Notes under the pieces: model-generated
The model's database searches: none
What the model saw: only the letters and a program-made list of their open reading frames with translations
Told to the model about the DNA's origin: nothing
Made by a program: the position numbers and the translations under genes
Shown: positions 57,402-64,000 of the stretch, piece by piece
How the letters are laid out: each line of letters opens with the position of its first letter
How positions within the stretch are numbered: the first letter of the stretch is position 1
Assembly: GCA_964427735.1 (NCBI GenBank)
Contig: CAYRUS010000001.1
Span: forward strand, 537,373 to 601,372
DNA from: an uncultured Gammaproteobacteria bacterium
Lineage (GTDB): Bacteria > Patescibacteriota > Microgenomatia > UBA8517
DNA: 64,000 bases
Direction: 5' to 3'

Positions 57402-57905
57402 TTGACACGTGAACTTCTATTACGTAAAATTCTGAACATGACTGAAACTCCTTATTACGCAGAAGCACACAGAAGAATAGGCAACTTTTTGAAAGAAGAT
57501 ATAGAAAGCTTTGAGACTGCTCGCAACAATATGTATTATATGTTCGAGGTTGTGGGAATTTTTTTAATTGATGAATTAAAAAGGATAGGTCCTTTGCGGG
57601 CTAAAAAATATGCACAGGAGATTAAAAGAGGAGTTGTGCTAGGTATTAATTATAGAAATGCTGATAATCGCGAGAAACAACAAATTATCGATGAAATTCA
57701 AGAACTTGAAAAGTTTATAGAAGAAAATAATAATGTTGACTACCCATATCGAAATATTTTTATGGGTAAACTGTTGCCTGGTGTAAATGGACACTTAAAA
57801 TGTGGAATTTTTGCATTTGCTGCGACTATCCATGCTGAAAATCATGAGACTTCCGTTTTTCCACTAATTTTAAACTTATGTGAGGGCTTCATCAAAGAAA
57901 AGTAA
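57402..57905 (+). CDS. hypothetical protein (paralogue B of a tandem pair)
   Basis: 167 aa. The C-terminus ...LKCGIFAFAATIHAENHETSVFPLILNLCEGF follows the same C-x4-FAA-x-IHAE-x(n)-LC motif. Confidence 0.45.
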   Translation: MTRELLLRKILNMTETPYYAEAHRRIGNFLKEDIESFETARNNMYYMFEVVGIFLIDELKRIGPLRAKKYAQEIKRGVVLGINYRNADNREKQQIIDEIQELEKFIEENNNVDYPYRNIFMGKLLPGVNGHLKCGIFAFAATIHAENHETSVFPLILNLCEGFIKEK

Positions 57906-57957
57906 GTTCTTCAAACGCTGAATGAGTTCTAGATAATTTGTTATAATAGGCTTTTAA

Positions 57958-58041
57958 GGTAGGGTGGCCGAGTGGTTTAAGGCGCACGCTTGGAAAGCGT
58001 GTGGGTTCACGCCCTCGCAGGTTCGAATCCTGTCCCTACCG
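57958..58041 (+). tRNA. tRNA-Ser (anticodon GGA), type II
   Basis: GGTAGGGTGGCCGAGTGGTTTAAGGCGCACGCTTGGAAAGCGTGTGGGTTCACGCCCTCGCAGGTTCGAATCCTGTCCCTACCG. The anticodon stem is CACGC/GCGTG and the loop is TTGGAAA. Confidence 0.75.
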
Positions 58042-58060
58042 CACTGCACGAATAGCTATC

Positions 58061-58591
58061 ATGGAAGTTAAAAATACGACAAAAAACGAACTAGACACAA
58101 CTGCACAAATTGTTTACCAAAGAGGATTTGGATTGATTAGAGAGGGCAAAATAGGGACACTCGGACTCGGACCGTGTATTGCATGGGTAGGGTATGCTCA
58201 AGAGGGAAATTTGTTATTGCTAGCTCACATAGATTCAATGACAGAACTACCAAGTTCAATAGCAACAATTGTCTCCTGGATTAATCATGCAGGAATAAAG
58301 GTAGATAATATTGGTACTACAATTATGGGTGGAGACCCAAGCACACTCCAACTACGGAACAGATTTAAGAACTTGCTAGAAGACTACGGTTTTGAGAATA
58401 TTAAAGATTTAAACCCCGAGTCTTTGCCGAATGTAGGTCCTAGAACATTTATAGTAGATGCATCAGATGGTGTGATTAAGTCAAATGTGATACCGGCAAA
58501 ACCTGAGACTCCTGAAGAGCGAAACTCAAAACTACTCCGGACACAAATACCAACAAGATCAGGTCTCCAGCCGGAAATTATTAAGATTTAA
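58061..58591 (+). CDS. hypothetical protein
   Basis: The track ORF starts at 58001 but overlaps the tRNA. The internal Met at 58061 (MEVKNTTKNEL...) is more plausible. The product is ~176 aa. Confidence 0.45.
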   Translation: MEVKNTTKNELDTTAQIVYQRGFGLIREGKIGTLGLGPCIAWVGYAQEGNLLLLAHIDSMTELPSSIATIVSWINHAGIKVDNIGTTIMGGDPSTLQLRNRFKNLLEDYGFENIKDLNPESLPNVGPRTFIVDASDGVIKSNVIPAKPETPEERNSKLLRTQIPTRSGLQPEIIKI

Positions 58592-58595
58592 AATA

Positions 58596-59129
58596 ATGAA
58601 AATAACTTACTTTGTTCATGGCACAACGACAGATAATGAGGCACATGTCTCTTCTGGTTGGAAGGATGTGGAGCTTTCTGAGTTAGGAGTTCAGCAATCA
58701 AAGGAGCTGCCGGATCAAGTTAGTGACAAAAGTTTTGAAGTTGTCTTTTGTTCAGACTTGAAAAGAGCTGTTGATTCTGCAAGATTGTCGTTTGGGGATA
58801 CTCATGAAATTTCAATAGACAAACGCTTAAGAGAATGTAATTACGGGGACTTTAATGGCATGTCTTCTTCGATTGTGGAACCTCTTCAAGAAAAATCGAT
58901 TAATACTCCAATGCCAAATGGAGAGTGTTATGAGGATGTAAAAGTGCGCATACAGGAGTTTTTAGATGAGGTCAAAGAAAATTATAGCCACATTGCAATT
59001 GTTGCACACAAGGCTCCGCAGCTTGCGTTGGAAGTTATAGCTAATGGCAAGACTTGGGAGGAAGCATTTGCCTCAGATTGGAGAAAAACTGGTTCCTGGC
59101 AGCCTGGGTGGATTTATCAAATCGATTGA
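58596..59129 (+). CDS. histidine phosphatase (phosphoglycerate-mutase-like) family protein
   Basis: 177 aa. The N-terminus is the His-phosphatase type (MKITYFVHGTTTDNEAHVSSGWKDVELSELGVQQ), with VHG in place of the RHG motif. Confidence 0.55.
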   Translation: MKITYFVHGTTTDNEAHVSSGWKDVELSELGVQQSKELPDQVSDKSFEVVFCSDLKRAVDSARLSFGDTHEISIDKRLRECNYGDFNGMSSSIVEPLQEKSINTPMPNGECYEDVKVRIQEFLDEVKENYSHIAIVAHKAPQLALEVIANGKTWEEAFASDWRKTGSWQPGWIYQID

Positions 59130-59160
59130 ATTTCTGGTTTTGAATTCCTATAATACCTAC

Positions 59161-59502
59161 ATGCTTCCTGAACAGGAAAAATATTCTACTATGGTTCTAG
59201 AACTCAGTGGAGATGAGCACCTGCAGACTATATGCAAAAGTTTATCAGAAAATGTAGAAATATACGAAAAAGCCATGGCACTTATTGCTGACCCCTCAGA
59301 AGCAAAACCTAAAATCGTATTTGATTATTTTGTTAATAAATGGAGGTTATGGACTTTAGATCGTATGCAGTCTAAGCATTATTTGATAGCACTTGACTGT
59401 CTTGAGTTGTGGTATATGGTGCAAGGTGTTGAATGTCCTTTTCCAAAGCGACTTGCCGAGCAAAGAGAGTATTTTGAAAAGGAAATAAAAAATGAATCTT
59501 AA
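59161..59502 (+). CDS. hypothetical protein
   Basis: The track ORF starts at 59044 and overlaps the previous gene. The Met at 59161 (MLPEQEKYST...) gives a non-overlapping 113-aa product. Confidence 0.4.
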   Translation: MLPEQEKYSTMVLELSGDEHLQTICKSLSENVEIYEKAMALIADPSEAKPKIVFDYFVNKWRLWTLDRMQSKHYLIALDCLELWYMVQGVECPFPKRLAEQREYFEKEIKNES

Positions 59503-59528
59503 AGATCTTCTAACGTAAGTTGGGGAAA

Positions 59529-59578
59529 TTAACCGCAGAATGGGTAACTAGCACAGGTACGAATTAGCCTGCGGTTAA
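59529..59578 (+). repeat. perfect 10-bp inverted repeat (TTAACCGCAG ... CTGCGGTTAA) with a 30-nt loop; a third CTGCGG copy follows
   Basis: Direct read between the 59161..59502 gene and the HAD hydrolase promoter. No T-run follows it. Confidence 0.4.
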
Positions 59579-59675
59579 AATTATTCAATTCTGCGGAAAT
59601 AAGCGTCTGCCGTTTAGATTTATGATAAAAATTTTTATTGACTTTCATTAACATAAGCATTACTCTTCCTTTTTA

Positions 59676-60467
59676 ATGAAAGAGACAGAAAGTATTGTAG
59701 ATTTGGGGGATATAGAAGCCTTTAATGTGTGGTTTGACCAGAGAAGAATTAAGTATATTCTTTATGATTTAGATGGCACACTTATAGATACTGACACCCA
59801 ATTCACTGGAAGAAGAAAAGAAGTATTAAATTTTATCCTTCATACACACACAGGTTTGGATGCTGAAAAATTTACTGAAACATACAATTGGGCAAACTCA
59901 TATGCATATTATCGAAGATCTGTAAGTATCGATAGATGGGAACTTGTACTTACAACTTTAAAAAACTTCTTTCCAGATCTAAAAGATACTGTTCTTGATG
60001 AAAGTCTGGTTATGTTTAGAGATTTATATAAAGAGGCAGCTCCATTACACCCTGGAGCACTTAAACTTCTAAAAACTACAAGAAGTAGTAAAGCTCAACA
60101 AGGTCTTAAAACGCATGCAAATTTGGAATGGACCAACAAAAAACTAGAGTTACTAGATATCAGGAGCTATTTTGAAAGAATTTTTGTAGTAGATGAGACC
60201 TCGTTTAAAGACACTCAATCATGGGCAGGTGCAATACATTCAGTCGGTGTTTTACCAAGTCAAGTGTTGGTGATTGAAGATAATGTCCAAGGAGGCATTT
60301 GGGCAGCATACAAGGCAGGGGTCACTAATCTTGTATGGATAGATCTCCATAATGGATGGTCTATGTACAAAAATGGAAGCAATAACTTGCCGCCAGGTAC
60401 TATGACTGTGAAAAATGCAGTTGACCTTATTGATGTAGTTAAAGAAGAAGTAAATAGTTATAAATAG
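59676..60467 (+). CDS. HAD-superfamily hydrolase
   Basis: 263 aa. ILYDLDGTLIDTD is motif I (DxDGT) of HAD phosphatases. Confidence 0.7.
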   Translation: MKETESIVDLGDIEAFNVWFDQRRIKYILYDLDGTLIDTDTQFTGRRKEVLNFILHTHTGLDAEKFTETYNWANSYAYYRRSVSIDRWELVLTTLKNFFPDLKDTVLDESLVMFRDLYKEAAPLHPGALKLLKTTRSSKAQQGLKTHANLEWTNKKLELLDIRSYFERIFVVDETSFKDTQSWAGAIHSVGVLPSQVLVIEDNVQGGIWAAYKAGVTNLVWIDLHNGWSMYKNGSNNLPPGTMTVKNAVDLIDVVKEEVNSYK

Positions 60468-60489
60468 TTTGTGCTAAACTTGAGCCAAT

Positions 60490-62253
60490 ATGAGCGATCA
60501 GGTTGAGGAGATAAAGAGTAAGGTTGATATTGTTTCTGTAATAGGAGAACACGTAAAATTAACAAAAGCCGGAAGCAACTACAAAGGCTTGTGCCCATTC
60601 CACAGTGAAAAAACACCTTCTTTTATGGTCACTCCAGAGCTACAGATATTTAAATGTTTTGGCTGCCAAGAGGGCGGAGATGTAATTTCTTTTGTCCAGA
60701 AATATGAAGGGATTGAATTTTATGATGCCTTAAAAATTCTAGCAGAAAGAGCAGGTGTTGAATTAAAAAAGCAAAGTGCCAAATTTTCCCAAAAAGACAA
60801 AATATATGAAATAAACGCCTTGGCTAAGCGTTTCTATCAGTATATTCTTCATAAACACCAAGCAGGCAAAATACCTTTGGAGTACTTAATTAAAGATCGT
60901 AAGTTGAAGTCATTAACAATTAAGGAATTTGAATTGGGTTATTCACCAATGCAAGGAAGTGCTGTATTAAATTTTTTAAGGAAAAAAGGTTATTCTTTAA
61001 AAGATTTGGAATTGGCAGGAATAGCTTTTGTAAGAGGCAATCGTGGATTTGATCGATTTAACGGTAGAATAATTTTTCCTCTTCATGATCACAGAGGAAA
61101 TACAATTGGTTTTGCAGGAAGGATGATGCCAGAAGATAAAAGAGATTTAGGGAAATATATAAACACATCAGAAACTGAAGTCTACAAAAAGTCCCAAACT
61201 CTTTATGGATATGACAAAACAAGAATGGAAATTAAAAAGCAGGGATTTGCTGTAGTTGTAGAAGGAGAACTGGATATGATATCTACTTGGCAGGCTGATA
61301 TTAAAAATACTGTAGCTATAAAAGGTTCTGCTCTTACTCCAGATCAAGTGAAACTAATAAAAAGAATAACAGATAGAATAGTTCTTGCTCTGGATAGTGA
61401 TTTTGCAGGAGATGAAGCCGCCAGACGTGGAATTGATATAGCTCAGGAAGCAGGATTAGATGTTCGTGTTGCTAGATTAGGTAAATTTAAGGATCCAGAT
61501 GATATGGCTAAGGAAGACCCTGAGGGTCTAAAAAAGGCAATAGAAGAGGCAGTAGATGTGTGGGATTTTATTATTGAGGACATCTTGGAAAGAAATAACA
61601 GATCAGGATCTGGAACATCAAAAGTGAGTAGAGAGCTTGTTCCAATTTTGGCTAGTATAACTGACAAAATTGTACAGGCTTATTATGTTGGTCTGGTTGC
61701 ACAAAGATTAAATGTTAATGAGGAAGCAGTAGCTCAGGAGGTAATGAATTTGCTTAAAAATGGGGGAGTTAGAAAAAAGGAATATTTAGTAAAAAGAGAG
61801 TCTCCAAAGCAAAAGACAAGGCAACAGATGCTTGAAGAAAGATTACTTTCACTTGCTTTTCAATTAGATACTAACGTTCTTGAAGAGACTTTGTATGATA
61901 TTTTTAAATCTCCGGTACCAAAAAAATTATTTCAACATTTTCTTTCTTTTACTAAAATAAATGAAAATTACAGTATTAAGACATTTTCAGATTACCTCCC
62001 TCCAGAGCTAAAAGAAGCTTACGCAGCTTTAATTCTTGAAGATAACCAAAACTTTGTAGATGATCCTAATAGTGTTGAAAGAGAACTTAACTTACTTATA
62101 AAAGAATTAAAAATATTGGATTTAAAAGTGCGTTTACAAAAGATTACTATTGATATTGCCAAATATGAAAAAGAAAACAATGAAAACAAACTAAAAATGG
62201 TAGAAGAGAAATTTAACAAACTAAGCAGAGAACTATCCAAACTTACGGGATAA
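60490..62253 (+). CDS. dnaG: DNA primase
   Basis: CHC2 zinc finger (CPFHSEKTPSFMV...CFGCQEGGDVISF) and a TOPRIM domain (VVVEGELDMIS...DSDFAGDEAA). Confidence 0.9.
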   Translation: MSDQVEEIKSKVDIVSVIGEHVKLTKAGSNYKGLCPFHSEKTPSFMVTPELQIFKCFGCQEGGDVISFVQKYEGIEFYDALKILAERAGVELKKQSAKFSQKDKIYEINALAKRFYQYILHKHQAGKIPLEYLIKDRKLKSLTIKEFELGYSPMQGSAVLNFLRKKGYSLKDLELAGIAFVRGNRGFDRFNGRIIFPLHDHRGNTIGFAGRMMPEDKRDLGKYINTSETEVYKKSQTLYGYDKTRMEIKKQGFAVVVEGELDMISTWQADIKNTVAIKGSALTPDQVKLIKRITDRIVLALDSDFAGDEAARRGIDIAQEAGLDVRVARLGKFKDPDDMAKEDPEGLKKAIEEAVDVWDFIIEDILERNNRSGSGTSKVSRELVPILASITDKIVQAYYVGLVAQRLNVNEEAVAQEVMNLLKNGGVRKKEYLVKRESPKQKTRQQMLEERLLSLAFQLDTNVLEETLYDIFKSPVPKKLFQHFLSFTKINENYSIKTFSDYLPPELKEAYAALILEDNQNFVDDPNSVERELNLLIKELKILDLKVRLQKITIDIAKYEKENNENKLKMVEEKFNKLSRELSKLTG

Positions 62254-62285
62254 TTACACTTGCATTAAAATTTATATAAGTTATA

Positions 62286-63401
62286 ATGAAGTCTGCAGCA
62301 CGCTCGTGTTGCTTTTTTGCTATGGTTAGAAAAATTGTCAAAGACCTCATACAACAAGGAAAAAACCAGGGATTTCTCACCCAAGAAGATATACTAGAGG
62401 CTTTTCCTGACGCAGAAGATAGAGTTGAAGAGCTTGATGAATTGTATGCACGGCTTATTGAAGAAAACGTTGATGTCTTTGAATCTCTTACTCCAGATGA
62501 ACAAGAAGCAGAAGAAGCTGCCAAAGAAAAACTAGAAAGAGAAATCCAGGCACTTGCTCAACTCGAAGGCACTGCAAGCACAGATCCTGTACGCCAATAT
62601 TTAAGGGAAATAGGAAGAGTTCCTCTTCTTACTGCTGAAGAAGAAATAGAATTAGCTAAGCGTTTTGAAAAAGGAGATAAAGCAGCAAAAGCAAAACTAA
62701 CAGAAAGCAATCTTCGTTTAGTAGTGTCTATTGCCAAAAAATACATCGGTCGTGGACTTTCTTTGCTTGATTTGATTCAAGAAGGGAACCAAGGGCTTAT
62801 TCGTGCTGTTGAAAAATATGACTGGAGAAAGGGATTCAAGTTTTCTACTTATGCCACATGGTGGATAAGGCAGGCAATAACTCGTGCAATTGCCGATCAG
62901 GCTAGAACCATCAGAATCCCTGTCCATATGGTAGAAACGATAAACAAGCTTTATCGTACCAGCCGTAGGTTGATGCAGGAAATGGGTCGAGAGGCAACTC
63001 CCGAGGAAATCGGTGAAGAGCTTGATATGGATCCTGAGAAGGTAAGAGAGATATTCAAGATTTCCCAAGATACTACCTCATTAGAAGCTCCTGTTGGGGA
63101 TGATGGTGAAAGTTTCCTTGGTGATTTTATTCCGGACGATAGTCAATTATCACCTGTTGAGTCAGCCAGTAAACAGCTTTTGAAAGATCATTTGGATGAA
63201 GTATTAAGTTCTCTTTCAGATAGGGAAGCAAAAGTTTTAAGATTAAGGTTTGGACTTGATGGAAGTAAGCAAATGACATTAGAGGAAGTTGGTAAAGTTT
63301 TTGGAGTTACTAGAGAGCGAATCAGACAAATTGAAGCAAAGGCGCTTCGAAAATTAAAACATCCAAGTAGACGAAAGAAACTACAAGATTATCTGGAGTA
63401 A
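62286..63401 (+). CDS. rpoD: RNA polymerase sigma-70 factor
   Basis: Region 2 ([28 protein letters not shown]) and region 4 ([27 protein letters not shown]) are present. The true start may be the Met at ~62332 (MVRKIV...). It follows dnaG as in the macromolecular synthesis operon. Confidence 0.9.
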   Translation: MKSAARSCCFFAMVRKIVKDLIQQGKNQGFLTQEDILEAFPDAEDRVEELDELYARLIEENVDVFESLTPDEQEAEEAAKEKLEREIQALAQLEGTASTDPVRQYLREIGRVPLLTAEEEIELAKRFEKGDKAAKAKLTESNLRLVVSIAKKYIGRGLSLLDLIQEGNQGLIRAVEKYDWRKGFKFSTYATWWIRQAITRAIADQARTIRIPVHMVETINKLYRTSRRLMQEMGREATPEEIGEELDMDPEKVREIFKISQDTTSLEAPVGDDGESFLGDFIPDDSQLSPVESASKQLLKDHLDEVLSSLSDREAKVLRLRFGLDGSKQMTLEEVGKVFGVTRERIRQIEAKALRKLKHPSRRKKLQDYLE

Positions 63402-63436
63402 ATTCCATTTTACTGCAGACATGCTTCAAATTATAC

Positions 63437-63847
63437 TTAGTTAATTTGTGTGAATACGAGGTTTTCCAAGTTGCTGAACATCAAGTCTATATAATGACTT
63501 AGCATTTCTGGAGAATAATACTCTTCAAGTATCTCAAACCCGTAATCTATTACAAATGTGTTTTGGTTTTGATCAACATCATTTGAAAGAAAAAGTTTCC
63601 CTGTAATAATGAGGTCGTTTAGTTTCATATAACTGGCTATGTTTTCTTGATCAATATCTTTGAGTAAATTTATTGTGCTAATATAAATTACACCATCTTC
63701 TATTCTAGCGAGGGCATAGACATCTATCTGCCCTTCATTAAGACTTATTCCAAAAATATAATAATCCTCTTCGTCATGCGTTTCTCTTTCTCCTTTAAAT
63801 CCTTGCACTTCTAGGTCATTTATTAAATCATCTAAAGTCATAGGCAA
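63437..63847 (-). CDS. hypothetical acidic protein (possibly YbjN/secretion-chaperone-like fold)
   Basis: 136-aa acidic ORF, convergent with rpoD. The fold guess is weak. Confidence 0.4.
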   Translation of the reverse strand: MPMTLDDLINDLEVQGFKGERETHDEEDYYIFGISLNEGQIDVYALARIEDGVIYISTINLLKDIDQENIASYMKLNDLIITGKLFLSNDVDQNQNTFVIDYGFEILEEYYSPEMLSHYIDLMFSNLENLVFTQIN

Positions 63848-64000
63848 ATAGTAATGGTTAGGTTTGTATTATGTCAATGCTTTGGGTAAAGTAGAGTGCA
63901 AAATGTAATAAGAGTCTGGAAGTTGACTTTATTGAATGATATAATCACTGAGTACAACAAAGAGTTTGTGTAAGCACATTATAAATTTAATCCCCGGTAG

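Noticed and set aside
58001-58060. 5' extension of ORF 58001..58591 (MGSRPRRFESCPYRTARIAI…)
   Set aside because: It overlaps tRNA-Ser(GGA) and is translated from tRNA sequence. The downstream Met at 58061 is used instead.
1-64000. Possible alternative genetic code (UGA=Gly/Trp, as in Gracilibacteria/SR1 or mycoplasmas)
   Set aside because: Many long ORFs (998, 934, 814, 809 aa) are intact under the standard code, and housekeeping genes translate cleanly. There is no need for recoding. The single in-frame TAA in the HTH gene is better explained by a point mutation.
1-64000. CRISPR array, rRNA operon, IS/transposase, integrase
   Set aside because: No short regularly spaced direct repeats were found. 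No rRNA-like conserved stretches, DDE or tyrosine-recombinase motifs were recognised in any frame examined.

Overview
This 64 kb window looks like a low-GC, gene-dense, reduced bacterial genome, most plausibly a Candidate Phyla Radiation (Patescibacteria/Saccharibacteria-like) organism. That placement is an inference from gene content: VanW, DUF4012, DedA, short aaRS genes, many bitopic hypothetical proteins. Long ORFs are intact under the standard genetic code, so UGA recoding is unlikely.

The window contains the replication origin neighbourhood (rpmH-rnpA-yidD-yidC-jag on the minus strand, DnaA boxes, then dnaA-dnaN) and housekeeping genes (tsaD, tsaC, valS with a possible T-box leader, rplY, rnhA, smpB with tmRNA, comFC, dnaG-rpoD). 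It also carries five tRNAs, including all four Ser isoacceptors.

The most striking content is a large type IV secretion/conjugation-like apparatus spread over about 28-50 kb. It comprises a VirB3/PrgI-like protein, a VirB4 ATPase apparently split into a separate N-terminal ORF plus the ATPase ORF, and a giant polytopic M23-peptidase protein. It also has a VirB6-like polytopic protein, a VirB1-like lytic transglycosylase, a SpoIID/LytB protein and eight paralogous two-TM VirB2/TrbC-like pilin candidates, seven of them in a tandem array. No VirD4 coupling protein, VirB11 or relaxase is recognisable in the window.

Two accessory/defence-like islands are present. Island 1 (1-5 kb) holds an XRE-type HTH gene killed by an in-frame TAA, a tightly coupled three-gene cassette of unknown function ending in a small HEPN-like protein, and an EcoRI-family N6-adenine methyltransferase paired with a PLD-family nuclease (R-M). 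Island 2 (19.9-22.5 kb) is a gene graveyard: a frameshifted aminoglycoside/choline-kinase-like phosphotransferase split at a poly-T tract and a truncated C5-cytosine methyltransferase remnant. No CRISPR array, rRNA or obvious IS element was seen.
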